A stretch of 64,000 nt of DNA from Craspedostauros australis. Taxonomy: Eukaryota. The stretch lies in contig JALAGF010005345.1 of assembly GCA_030167865.1 (NCBI GenBank), positions 1 through 64,000 of the forward strand, read 5' to 3'. Positions 45,464-56,645 of the stretch are shown here, in pieces (within the stretch, counting starts at the first letter, position 1; each line of letters starts with the position of its first letter). The notes under the pieces are model-generated. The model was not told where the DNA came from and searched no databases. It was given only the letters and a program-made list of their open reading frames with translations. The position numbers were made by a program, and so were the translations under genes.

Positions 45464-48400
45464 CTTGCCGCGCTTGTTTTAGGCCTTTTTGTTGGTTGAC
45501 TTTGCACTTTGCTTCGTCTGCTGACCGTCACGGAGGTATGAATTCGTCTTTAACCGTCACACTGTTGAAACACCGTCTGCCTCCTGTTGCCTCCTGTTGC
45601 GTGCTGTGGTTGTTCGTTGTGGCAATGCTGCTTGCTTTCCTTTGGCTGTGCTGTGCTTTGCCTTGTCTTTATACTCCTTTGCTCTGCTCTGCGTTGATGT
45701 TGTGAGATGAAACTGACGCGATGGACAAATAAGGAACACTGTTGCAGTTGTTCATCATCAGCGTCATTGGTGTTGATGGTGATGTTTGTGGAAATCGTGA
45801 GAGATTGAATGGAGGGTAAACGATGTTGCGTGAGTTGGATGGAAGATGAGTACCTGTGTGAGAAGAAACCAGTTGACTGCATCAACAACAATAAGTGGCC
45901 GTTGCAGGCGGCGATGTTGATGGCAGTGGTGATGGCATCGTTGGCAGGCACCTGTGCACTTTAGCTGTCTTTTCAGCGACCACGGCCGCTAGGCCTTCAA
46001 TGTCGCATCGCTCATGGTGGGCCTTAGTCGAACATTTACACGTTCCAACCCACGCTGGCCAATGTTATTGCGTTGGTTTATCTGCGGGATCGGATCGGTG
46101 CTTCTTGCCAACCTCCGACTTTGATGGTCTGTCCTCTCTCGTTGCGTCGGCTTGAGTAGCTCGACGCCATGGTGAAGGAGCTGAGCTGAGCAGAGTGCCA
46201 CACGGTACCATGCGGTTCATCTCGTGCCGTTTGCCAATCCCTCAAATGCAACCGAACCCAGTCCCTTCCATCGTGTCGTTGTGCTGCCGCGAAGTGCCTC
46301 GTTCCGCCACACGAACAGAACAGAACAGATGACTGAAGAGCCTCCACCACCAATTGTCGTAAATGTGGCTGCTGTTGCGGTTGGTGTTCATCCAGCCGCC
46401 GTTGTCATGTTGCAACCATTGTTGCTGCCACTGTTGCTGCCACTGTTGCTACCTCACTCACCAACACTATGCCAATCAGGTGACCGACTTCGTCTTGTCC
46501 ATGCACTCACTTCCAATCACGTTGGGCAAGGAGGTGGGATGATGGCTTGACGACTGTTGGTGTCTTTTCCTCCCTTTCCTCTCTCTCTGGGCTTTCGCGG
46601 TGGTGTACAGTCTCAGTCGTTGCAGTGGTCGTTGGTTTCACGCGGCCCTTCTTGGTGGTCGCTCTCGCACTCGTAGTTCTGGTTGTCCGTGCGGTTTGTC
46701 CTTTCGTGGTTGGTGGTGTCGGAGCCTCTTCGTTTTCGGTATTTTTGCTGTCGTTCTTGCGCTTGTCGCTGTTGGCTGGTCCGCGTCTGTACGACATGAC
46801 GTGACAACGCGAAACATAGCGCGCCAACAGCAGAAACCCCGAACAATGCAATGTCGCACACGAGTTTGCCGGATAACGGCTGTTCCCATCCTCGACAACG
46901 ACAGACATGTCAGAGGGTTCATAACCCAACAGAATGAACACTTGTATTCGTGTTGATCGCAAAAAAGGTTCCATCTGTGCCTATGGAAGTACCATTGTTA
47001 GACTTGGCAGCACAAGATGTGTTGGAGTAGAGCAGGCAGAGTGGTGTATTCTAGTAGATGTCTTGCTGCGATGTATCGTCAGTGTGGAAGGATGGCAACA
47101 GAGCAGTTCGGTCATGCTCTCTCTTTGTGAAGAACTGATGTGCTCCAATACAATTGAAGCTCAGCGGATAGATGATTGTACTCGAAACAAGGCCTGGGAA
47201 GAATTGCGTCGTGCAGAATTGGCGAAAGTGGGCAGCGGTTGTTAGGAAGTGAGTGGAGGTGGACATATTCCGATAGTCGTCGAGTAGAACACTACAGAAT
47301 CAGAAGAAACATATTGCAAGTGGAGGTATGTCCATTTTGTTGTGCAACTGTCCACATCTTTCCGTGGAGTTGGGGTGAACCTTCTCACGACCTGTTGCAT
47401 GAAAATGGTTGTGCGTCAGAGAGTATTGACAGATGAGTAGAGTAGCTCACTCGCGAGGTGAGTGGATGGCGGCGGGCAAAATAATTGCATTGGTATGTTC
47501 AGCCGGCTTCGCACGACACGATTTCCAATAGTGTCACACACACCAGCCAAGACAAACAACCACGATTGCAACCCTGCGAAAAAAGGGTGAGTGGCGTGAG
47601 CGCAGCACGTGTACCTGCGCTAGCACATGCGGGGAAATTCTCACGGCGTTTCTGTGTGCGGCTGTGTTCTGGGCTCTTCGTACACGTACCTACGTGATCT
47701 TAGTACTACTGGATTCGCACAGTTTCGCGCGGTATCACCAACACACGCACACACAGAACCACGACCATTTCTTGCTGAAAAAAAAAAGACGCTGACCGAT
47801 GGCGCGTTACGACAGCACAGAAAACATCATTGACATACGCAAAAGAGCGTGCTGGGTTCCCAACACACCGCATTTGTGTTAGAACTTGTTCGAATACAGG
47901 ACCATTCGCGGTGTCGAGCGGAGTGTAGGAATTGGAGCACAACGGTTTCGAAAGCAGCGTCGGCGGTTTGGCCACATCAAGAGAACAGACAACCAAGGAG
48001 AGGCGCAAGGAGAGGCAGGCCAAGAAGGTCACACAAAGCCACCAACCAAACCGCTCCCTCTCTCTGCCGTAAGCGACAAAGCGGACGAACGATTCTCGTG
48101 GCAACCTCGATCCGCTCTGCAAGAGTACGAATCCAAACACAAGTACAACTCCCAATTCGAGCACACTTGCGGCCTTCTCGACTCTACACGCACTTGGTGT
48201 TGCCGTCGGTGTTGCTTTTCGACTTCTCAGCCAACCAGAACGCCCATCGCCAAAGTATCTGCATCTGGGACGCATCATACTCGCACCGGTCCTCGTCTCA
48301 GCCTGTGGATCCGCAAATCACACACACAATCACACGGAATCAGTATAGGACACGAACAGAGCGAGAGATTGACAGTCGTCAGAAGCAACTGCTGCTCCTC

Positions 48401-48742
48401 GATTCCTCCTCATCACAAGCACAATCGGATCGCCGCCACTCATCTGTGGCTAAACCCATCAAATTCGCAGTCACGAAGCCACCTCAAAACAACGGCAGCA
48501 ACAACAGCGGCGTTGTCAGTACTTCACGACTTACCGAGATCACATTCCCTCGATCCTCATCGAACAACAGGAGGCAGCGACGCCTGCGCCTTCACGCAGA
48601 CACAAAGTCAACATCAAAGTCATTCTCGCATACTCCACGATACAGCATTGTGGAACACAAGCGTGGAACACAAGTGTGGAACACTAGCGCATAGCTCTTA
48701 CGCGCACAAACAGACAGACAACACAGACGCAACTCTCACGAG

Positions 48743-51700
48743 ATGCAAGGTGAAAGCAGCACTAGCAGCAATGCGGATGCAGGCGTTGGTGCCAGAGACC
48801 CTATTCGAATGAACGCCAAGGCCATGTCTGTGGCTGTCACAGAACACTCACATCATCAGCCCAGACGGCACCGCTGTCTGCCAGGTGAAGATGCAAGGAA
48901 TGACAGCGACGACTGCGACCGCGATGCTGACGATGACAATGTCGTGTTCTATCCTGCGCATGCCTCATTTGACGGAGACTCCACTGCGAACTTGCCATTG
49001 GCAACACCGACAAACAGAACCAATGCAAAAGCTGCTGTTGGGCACGTCGACATGATTGATGAGAATGACAATCATTCGGCCCATCGCAACAGACAACAAC
49101 AACAACAACAACAGCAACAACAGGTAAACACATATGCAACCAATGCGATGACTCATCACAGCTTCGACACAATACCATTGGTGCGCTCGAAGAGCTCCAA
49201 CTCCACCGGATGCACAGGTGTGTCGTCATCGATGTCATCTTCGCAGCCGTCGTTTCCATCGCCACTATCACACTTGCGATCTCGTCGATACACAAGTGCA
49301 GGCGCAACGAGAACCACCAGGATCAATACAGCAGCAGCTTCATACCTGCGGCAACCGCATCGACCTCTCTCCAATGCTGCGGATGTGTCTGCGCAACGGA
49401 ATCAAGCCACCACCACTGGATTCGCGACAAATGCGACTCCGGCAACGCCTGTCGAAGGCCATCAACAACACTTTCAGAATCATCAACAACAGCAAAAGCA
49501 GCAACAACAACAACAACTCAATGACGAACCAACCACATGGAAAGACCACGACAGCACTGGCAATACGTCTCTCGATGCCGGAATGGCAACGCTGCGCAGA
49601 TGGATTCGATCTCGGTCACCAGCGCCCAGCAGCTGCAGCAGCATTGAATCACTCACGAGGCAGCATCAGGTCAGTATCAACTCCACCTTCAATACCAACA
49701 ACAACGCGAACAAAGAAAACACCACCAGCATGAACGACAGGACGCCAGATCTGCCACATGCGCAACCGCAGTCGCGGTCTCGATCACAAACAGCAGCAGA
49801 CGCAGAGATAGAAACATCAGGTCCATGGAGCATACCCTCCAGACCTCTTACAATCAAGCAACTGGTCCGAGAGGAACAATGGCAAGTGCAAACGCAAGTG
49901 CAACTGCAACTGCAAGTACGTCCTGATGCACCACAGTCAGACGAGAACAATTTTTCGTCCTTTGTGGATGCCAAGCAGTCGCTCAGCCCCGACAGTTCAG
50001 CATCAAAGCGATCCAATTCTGAAATGGAGGCGGTTCATGCGTTGCACATGCACAGATGCTCACGAACTGCGCATGCACCAACGCACGGCTACGACAGTGC
50101 CAGCAGCAGCCACAACAGCAGCAACAACAGCAATCACGCAGATCGCAACGCCGACAATCTACACGATGAACCCAATGACGGTAACCATGCACTGAGCCCA
50201 CAAGGGTCTATGGATGAAGATTTGGAAGCATTGTTGCACAGACTGAATGATTGCCCCTCAGATTCTTCCGAACCGTTCCGTCGTGACCATCGGACGCGCG
50301 CATTGTCGGAACCAGACGCCGTCCGCATTCGTGATCACCTGTTCCAACGCGCGCTGCGGGCCCCTCGCAGGAACAGCCGTCGCAGACACGGACATACTGC
50401 GTCAACTCATGCCACCAATGCACGCGCTTCCGCATCCATTACATCAGCGTCTTCAATGCCGCCGCCACCGCCGTGTCAGCCGTACTCTTCTTCGTTTGCG
50501 TCTGCGGCAGCTGCTTACATGCCAACATCCATGGCGGCATCGCAGAACCACAGAAGCCGACAACGAAGCCAAAGCGAAACGGTGGGTATGGCGCGAGGGG
50601 TCGATTCTTCGTTCGTCATGTCCAACTCAGCTGCTGTTGCTGCCGGGTCACGATCCACACGACTGTCTGCTTCAGCAATCGAAATGCTGCGTAATCCAAA
50701 CAGTCCACGTCGGCCCAGCGATGCAAGCCAAAGCGCAGCGTCGAGCAGCAACAGACTGCAGCGCATGGGTCACCAGCAGCTACCTGGAAGCGGCTCCAGC
50801 GGACGGGGTGGCGGCGACAGCAACATGAATGGCAACAACAGTAACAACATCACCAATACTACCAACGGGAACAACAACAACAACAACAGCAATGGCGCTG
50901 GTACCGGTCTGGAAAGGAATGGGAGTGCCGAGAACGGAGCCAACTTTGATTCCGAAGATGAGGCAGATCCACACAGAGACGCCCGTGCTCGATGGATCCT
51001 GATCAACCGCCGGTTCCAGATGGTCATCACAGTCGTGGCGCTTCTCTTCAGCCTCATCCTCTTGGCCATACTGGTGTGCTGGGTCATCCTCACCAGCGCC
51101 TACGTCGTCTCCATCGACAAGACATGCGATGTGCCGCTGAAGCCGTACTTTTGGCTCGTCACGTTGCAACTCATCTTGGACGTATTCCGAGTTGACATCA
51201 TGCGGCTGGTCTTCCGCTGGGACACTGGCTCCAACTCCCGCATGCCTTGCCGGGTGATCGTGTACAACGTGGCGTACCTGACGTACGCGCTGCTCGTGCT
51301 TCGGTTGGGCATCAACGCCGTCTTCCGAAGCCCCGACAGCAAGTGCAGGGACACGGCGCCGGAGCTGTACCAAAGCAGCGCCGCCTTTGTCGCACTTGCC
51401 ATGATGGCCTGGGCGACCATCATCCTTGGCTACCTGCTGCCCTTTTGCTTCGTCGCCAGCTTGCTGACGTGGAACGGCTACTCGCCGGCCACGGAGGATC
51501 CACCTGCGACGAATCCATTCGTTGTCTTCACAGGCGCCTCGTCCGGTGCACCACCTGGCTGCATCGACCAACTCAAAACGGTGAAGCTAGGGGATTTTGA
51601 GGCCGGCTATCCACCGGAGTGCTGCATCTGCATGGAGGACTTCAGCGATCGCGATGAGATCATCGAGACCAAATGCAAGCACGTCTTCCACAAGCAGTGC

Positions 51701-52105
51701 TGCCGGGAATGGCTGAAGCAGGCCAGGACGTGCCCTGTCTGTCGCAAGGACATTACCGATAGCCAGACCGGCGGCGAAGAATCAGGAGGCCGGTACCAAG
51801 CCATTTCCAATCACCGCGTTTCGCCCAACATCGCATTCAACGCGACCGGGCGCTCCTTCGAGCATCAGGAACTGCGAGAAGTCGTGAGTCTGCTGCGCAG
51901 GATCAGGCATCCGCGCAACCTCGCCAACCAACGCAACGGGACCACAATGCGACGGCGGTTGTCGGAGACTTCGCAGGCCACCACCGTTGCCACACGAGAA
52001 CGATCCTTGTCTCTCAGCCGCAGCCAGTCCTACCCGTTGGTTCCGCCAAGCCAAGGATCCGATGTGGAGGAAGGCAGACCGCCGCGCGACTACTCTTCCT
52101 CCTGA
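48743..52105 (+). CDS. Multi-pass membrane RING-H2 E3 ubiquitin ligase with a ~750-aa disordered N-terminus
   Basis: Intronless 1120-aa ORF. About 4 TM segments with CDVPLK and CRDTAPELY; RING-H2 CCIC...CKHVFHKQC...W...CPVC. The start codon is uncertain (48743 or 48809). Confidence 0.88.
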   Translation: MQGESSTSSNADAGVGARDPIRMNAKAMSVAVTEHSHHQPRRHRCLPGEDARNDSDDCDRDADDDNVVFYPAHASFDGDSTANLPLATPTNRTNAKAAVGHVDMIDENDNHSAHRNRQQQQQQQQQQVNTYATNAMTHHSFDTIPLVRSKSSNSTGCTGVSSSMSSSQPSFPSPLSHLRSRRYTSAGATRTTRINTAAASYLRQPHRPLSNAADVSAQRNQATTTGFATNATPATPVEGHQQHFQNHQQQQKQQQQQQLNDEPTTWKDHDSTGNTSLDAGMATLRRWIRSRSPAPSSCSSIESLTRQHQVSINSTFNTNNNANKENTTSMNDRTPDLPHAQPQSRSRSQTAADAEIETSGPWSIPSRPLTIKQLVREEQWQVQTQVQLQLQVRPDAPQSDENNFSSFVDAKQSLSPDSSASKRSNSEMEAVHALHMHRCSRTAHAPTHGYDSASSSHNSSNNSNHADRNADNLHDEPNDGNHALSPQGSMDEDLEALLHRLNDCPSDSSEPFRRDHRTRALSEPDAVRIRDHLFQRALRAPRRNSRRRHGHTASTHATNARASASITSASSMPPPPPCQPYSSSFASAAAAYMPTSMAASQNHRSRQRSQSETVGMARGVDSSFVMSNSAAVAAGSRSTRLSASAIEMLRNPNSPRRPSDASQSAASSSNRLQRMGHQQLPGSGSSGRGGGDSNMNGNNSNNITNTTNGNNNNNNSNGAGTGLERNGSAENGANFDSEDEADPHRDARARWILINRRFQMVITVVALLFSLILLAILVCWVILTSAYVVSIDKTCDVPLKPYFWLVTLQLILDVFRVDIMRLVFRWDTGSNSRMPCRVIVYNVAYLTYALLVLRLGINAVFRSPDSKCRDTAPELYQSSAAFVALAMMAWATIILGYLLPFCFVASLLTWNGYSPATEDPPATNPFVVFTGASSGAPPGCIDQLKTVKLGDFEAGYPPECCICMEDFSDRDEIIETKCKHVFHKQCCREWLKQARTCPVCRKDITDSQTGGEESGGRYQAISNHRVSPNIAFNATGRSFEHQELREVVSLLRRIRHPRNLANQRNGTTMRRRLSETSQATTVATRERSLSLSRSQSYPLVPPSQGSDVEEGRPPRDYSSS

Positions 52106-52327
52106 AATCCGGTTTTTGAGAGTCCTCGCACAATGTAGTGCGTACCCACGAGTACGTATAGTATGCCTGTGGAGGGATAGAGTAGAGTATGATACCCGCA
52201 TGTACAAGTAAGCAGAGTACGTGGAGTAGTTCATTTCATTTTTGCATTTTCTATTTACTCTTGGGTGCGCTCGAGGGGAATTTGTGCTGTTGCTTCGCAG
52301 TTGATGATAACACAGGAATTGGACGTC

Positions 52328-54856
52328 TCAAATCAGCCGCGAACGGTTCACTGTGGAGTCGCGGTCCATGGCACGTAACCTCTCGCGTTGCTTTCCGCTC
52401 TCGCTGACGTAGTACCCAACACCAGCAATGAGGATCGCGAAGGACACCAGAATCGAGTAGAGCTCCGCCGAGGCATCCGATGCCATCACGGAATCATCAT
52501 CGGCGATGACGTAGTTGCCATCCAACGAGACGATGAAGTCGATCCACATTATGAAGAAGTCGTAGCTCCCATGGAACAGGACGGAGAAGACGACGATGCG
52601 GTTCAGTGTCATCTTGGGATCCTTCTCCAAATCACGTCCGCAAACACCGATGCTTTGGATGGCGGCGGCGATGGGGTGGATGGGGAACAGGGAACGTGCG
52701 ATGAGAACGATGATTTCGCCAGCGAGCGACCTGTCGCTGTACAGGAAGATGTAGACCAGATTCTCGCAGCAGGCAAAGCCAATGCTGACCGTCACCATGG
52801 CAACGGTGATTGCTGCACCGCGCGATTCCATGCTGCGTTCCTGCTGTGCGCATGGCAGCGTGATGCGTTGTCGGGTGATGCCGGAGGTGAGGTGCTGCAC
52901 GTCTTCCTCATCGGCGTTGCTGTGCATTTCGTTGTAAACATCGATGGATTCCTCGAGATCTCTCGCGGACATGAAGTCGGGATGGTCGCTCGCCATTCGG
53001 AATCCAAAGTACTTGCACAGCTCCTCCACCGTGGCAGCGAGCAGATAGGAGACGACCATAAGGTAGATCGTATAAAAGATTGGATGATCGGTGCCGAAGA
53101 CGCCCAGGAAATCTCTGTAGCTCTGCGCCGTGCGCTGGTCCCATTGCGCACCGAACGGGCCCAAGGTTCCAAATGTGGGAGCAGTGTCCAGAACGTCCTG
53201 AAATCCGTTCTCGGCTTCCTCGTCGATGCCCGATATCGCCATGAGGATGGTCATGAAGAGCCTGATGGACAGACCAAACAAGATCTCGAAGAATACTGCC
53301 AGGGTCGTGGAAAGGAAGAAGCCGCAGAAGAAGAACTTGACGATGGCATCGACTGAGATGTCCTTGGTGTGCCTCCAGTACACGATGGTCAAGATGATCA
53401 GCGATTGTGCTAACGTTGCGACGAGCACGATGAAGTTGGAGATTCCGAAGTAGTGACCGAATCTGGAGGACACCGTGCTCCACGCGAGGGCGACAACGAG
53501 GAAGCAAGCTGTCGATGTGAACATGCCTTTGGAAAGGGAGGAGATGCCATCCAACATCGACACCGGTTCTTGCCCGTCGATATCACCCGCTGTCGCCGAC
53601 TGCGACCCAGCTTCTGATTGCTGCGTTGTAAATCGTGCGGAGATGGATTTGATCATCCGGTTGACTGCGATCTGCACGCCCAGCTGCACTTGACCCTCGC
53701 CATGTCGGGCCTTGAAGATGCTGGGGTAGTACTCCATGAAGGGCTGCATCGTGATGTAGTCGATGCGTCGCTGCGCTGGAGAGATGGTGCGTTCGAGCTC
53801 CCGCCCTTCTTGGGCAAGCGCGCAGATGCCGCAGATTTGGAGGTTCATGCCGCACATTGCAGAGCAGCACATGCCAGACCAACAACGGAAGAGGAAGGAG
53901 CAGATGTTGTTTCTCGCGTGGTTGGTCTCGCTGACGATCTGCGCATCATCGAGGCGCGCGATGTCTGTGACGTAGCACGAACAGAGGGAGTGCGACGTGC
54001 GTATATCCCTCTTCGTTTGACCCATGAGGTATGACGGTTGGTGCTCGTTCGGCTCGTCGATGTCGAAAGAGTCCTCATCCATGCGCTGCTCCAAGTACCC
54101 CGTGGTGATGAGATGATGCTTCATCCACAGCAGATCCCTTCGCACGCCCTGACGCTTCCACGATCCCTTGAAGCATTGGATGACGAAGACCCCGATCAAG
54201 GTGAATACCAACGTCGTGCTGATCATCTGATTGAGAAGCGGATCGCGGATGCGGAAGGCGCAAAAGCCTGCGGCGAGGAACACGCACAGGGGTAAGATGG
54301 TGTGTAACCAGAAGCGACGTGCGCATGATGGCGGTTCCACCCCCGTGACGAGGTACCGGTCCCTGTCGCTCTGGAGCACCCCGCAACAGGCCATGGCGCA
54401 GCAATCCACGCGTTCGGATGCAGGATCCTGGAACATGCCCGAAATGGGTGTCGAGAATCCTCGGTACTTGCTGCTGTTGTTGTTGTTGTTACTGTTGCGT
54501 TGAGCAGAAGCAGCGAAGTCGTGGCCTTCCAAGTAGCCTGCGCCAGGGATGCCACCAGCAGCAGCAGCAGCAGACTGCTGAACATTGCCTGTTGTGGACA
54601 TGGACTGGTAGTTGAGACCTGCATCAACATCCTGGGCTGCAGCAAGGCCATCTTCTCCTGCTTCTCTGCTGGTGTTGGTCGTGGTGGCGGCACCCACCCC
54701 ACCACGAGCAATACCAGTAGCAGTGGCAGAAGCGGTGGGAACATGGTCGAGAGTGGATCTATCTGTGCTGGTAGCCGTAGTATGTGCGCCCACGTTATCA
54801 TCCGTTGGATGTTCTCCACTGTCTTCGCTTGCGTGCAATGGTGATTGCGCTTCCAT
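52328..54856 (-). CDS. PrsW-family intramembrane protease fused to an N-terminal PLAC8-like Cys-rich domain
   Basis: Intronless; first ATG at 54856. PrsW motifs VEELCKY, GFACCEN, HPIAAA, FHGSYDF in a multi-TM region. PLAC8-like FSTPISGMFQD...DCCAMACCG and ICALAQEGREL. Confidence 0.82.
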   Translation of the reverse strand: MEAQSPLHASEDSGEHPTDDNVGAHTTATSTDRSTLDHVPTASATATGIARGGVGAATTTNTSREAGEDGLAAAQDVDAGLNYQSMSTTGNVQQSAAAAAGGIPGAGYLEGHDFAASAQRNSNNNNNSSKYRGFSTPISGMFQDPASERVDCCAMACCGVLQSDRDRYLVTGVEPPSCARRFWLHTILPLCVFLAAGFCAFRIRDPLLNQMISTTLVFTLIGVFVIQCFKGSWKRQGVRRDLLWMKHHLITTGYLEQRMDEDSFDIDEPNEHQPSYLMGQTKRDIRTSHSLCSCYVTDIARLDDAQIVSETNHARNNICSFLFRCWSGMCCSAMCGMNLQICGICALAQEGRELERTISPAQRRIDYITMQPFMEYYPSIFKARHGEGQVQLGVQIAVNRMIKSISARFTTQQSEAGSQSATAGDIDGQEPVSMLDGISSLSKGMFTSTACFLVVALAWSTVSSRFGHYFGISNFIVLVATLAQSLIILTIVYWRHTKDISVDAIVKFFFCGFFLSTTLAVFFEILFGLSIRLFMTILMAISGIDEEAENGFQDVLDTAPTFGTLGPFGAQWDQRTAQSYRDFLGVFGTDHPIFYTIYLMVVSYLLAATVEELCKYFGFRMASDHPDFMSARDLEESIDVYNEMHSNADEEDVQHLTSGITRQRITLPCAQQERSMESRGAAITVAMVTVSIGFACCENLVYIFLYSDRSLAGEIIVLIARSLFPIHPIAAAIQSIGVCGRDLEKDPKMTLNRIVVFSVLFHGSYDFFIMWIDFIVSLDGNYVIADDDSVMASDASAELYSILVSFAILIAGVGYYVSESGKQRERLRAMDRDSTVNRSRLI

Positions 54857-55433
54857 CTTCACGGTCGTCTGGCGATAAGTTGTTGCTATTTCTCCTCCTA
54901 CTGCTGTTGCTGCTGCTACTGCCACTGCTTCAACTACTATTGCCACTTGATCGGTGTTGGTAGTCTGTGTGGCGGCTGGAGTGCACCTAATCTGTCAAGC
55001 ACCCAAGGATCCGCAAATGATCGCAATGGCGGAAGGAGGGCAACAGGACAAGATCAAGAGAAAGACCAAAAGAGAGACAGAACTTGGTGTTGGAGGCAGT
55101 TTCCGGACAGAAGAAGGCAAACGAAACGATCTCGCACGACAACGTTCGCGTCGGTTGAGTTTTTGACACTTGTTGGGAGAAAGAGCGATCGTGGGACTCA
55201 ACGAGAACCGATTGAACAATCGCACATGATCTACTCGTACTGGAGCAGTCCATTTGACCAATTTGACCATTTTGCACCACTTTTGCGCGCGAAAATGGAT
55301 TTTGGTCTCTCCACACAGACACAGGCACACCACACCACACAAAGAACAACAACACCAGAGGGAAGAAACGCAAGGAATCGTCACCCTCCGACCTCCAACC
55401 ACGTGACGTCTTCAGCCATGCCATTCTCATCAC

Positions 55434-55466
55434 CACCAGCACCAGCACCAGCACCAGCACCACCAC
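55434..55466. repeat. (CACCAG)n hexamer repeat in the cyclin H leader
   Basis: Seen directly, about 5 units. Confidence 0.85.
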
Positions 55467-55496
55467 TGTCGGAAAAGTCATCAGGATCCATTCATC

Positions 55497-56645
55497 ATGT
55501 GCGAACCATCGGACTCCACCCAGATACGCCAATGGCTGTTCGACTTTGATGACCTGCAGCTGTGCAGGGCGCGGGCGAATCGAGTGGCGCGCAAATGGTT
55601 ACGAGCGCAGGCGGAATCAAAGCAAGCAGACGACAAGGGCGCCGTGGTCGTCTCGGCCGTCAAGTTCGCGTGCGAGTATCATGCGCGCAAGGCAGAGTTC
55701 GCCAAGGAAGATGAAGGCGCGCTGGAGAATGCGAAAGGACATCCGTACCTGACGCCGGATGAAGAGTCCCTGCTCGTCAGCTTCTACGTTTCGAAGTTGC
55801 CGAGTCTGGTGGGACCCTTCGCGCAGGTGCCGCGGCTGCGGCGCGAGTCCAAGGTGACGGCGACGGCAGCGCTCATCCTGCGGAGGTTCTACCTTTCCAA
55901 CTCCGTGATGGTGTTCGATCCGAAGACGATCATGGTGGCCGCCGCGTTTCTCGCCACCAAGGTGGAGGACGCCACGACCGACGTGCGGTACCTGGAGGAG
56001 GGTACGAATTTGATGAACGCGCCGGTGCTGTCGTCCGAGATCATTCCAGCCGAGATTCACGTGCTGTCCGGCATCAACTTCGATCTGCTCTGCTTCCATC
56101 CGTACAAGGCGGTGCTGTCGCTGACGGAGGATCTGAGGACGTACCTGAAGTCCGAGAAGGGCAAGATGCTGGTGAGCTTCCCCAACGGCAAGGAGCGCAC
56201 CATCGTGGGGCAGGATCTGAAGCCGATGCACGACGCTGCGCAGCAGATCGTCAACGACGTGATTGTGAGCGATCTGCCCTTGATGTATGCACCGGCGCAG
56301 ATTGGGATGTCCGCATTGATGGTGGCCAACGAGAAGCAGGCCTCGAAGGAGGACGTCCCGCAGATCGATCTGCTGGGGTACCTGATGCAGCGATTTGAGA
56401 AGTCGGACTTGGAGAAGCTGCAGAGCCGGTTGCAGTCGCTGTCGGATATGCTGAAGGGCCTTCCGGAAGGCAAGCACGGTTGCGCCAACCACCACATGGA
56501 TATGAAGCAGCTGAAGTCGATACACAAGAAGCTGAAGAAGGTACGCGTGTGGGGAGTCTCGTCGGACAAAGATAAAGAAAAGAAGAAGAAGAAACGAAAG
56601 GCAGCAGATGATGGCAATGACAGCAAGCGGCAGAAGAAGTCGTAG
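55497..56645 (+). CDS. CCNH: Cyclin H (CAK/TFIIH cyclin)
   Basis: Intronless, 382 aa. STQIRQWLF, LTPDEE, TAALILRRFYLSNSVM, AFLATKVED, NFDLLCFHPY, MYAPAQIG; C-terminal poly-K NLS. Confidence 0.9.
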   Translation: MCEPSDSTQIRQWLFDFDDLQLCRARANRVARKWLRAQAESKQADDKGAVVVSAVKFACEYHARKAEFAKEDEGALENAKGHPYLTPDEESLLVSFYVSKLPSLVGPFAQVPRLRRESKVTATAALILRRFYLSNSVMVFDPKTIMVAAAFLATKVEDATTDVRYLEEGTNLMNAPVLSSEIIPAEIHVLSGINFDLLCFHPYKAVLSLTEDLRTYLKSEKGKMLVSFPNGKERTIVGQDLKPMHDAAQQIVNDVIVSDLPLMYAPAQIGMSALMVANEKQASKEDVPQIDLLGYLMQRFEKSDLEKLQSRLQSLSDMLKGLPEGKHGCANHHMDMKQLKSIHKKLKKVRVWGVSSDKDKEKKKKKRKAADDGNDSKRQKKS

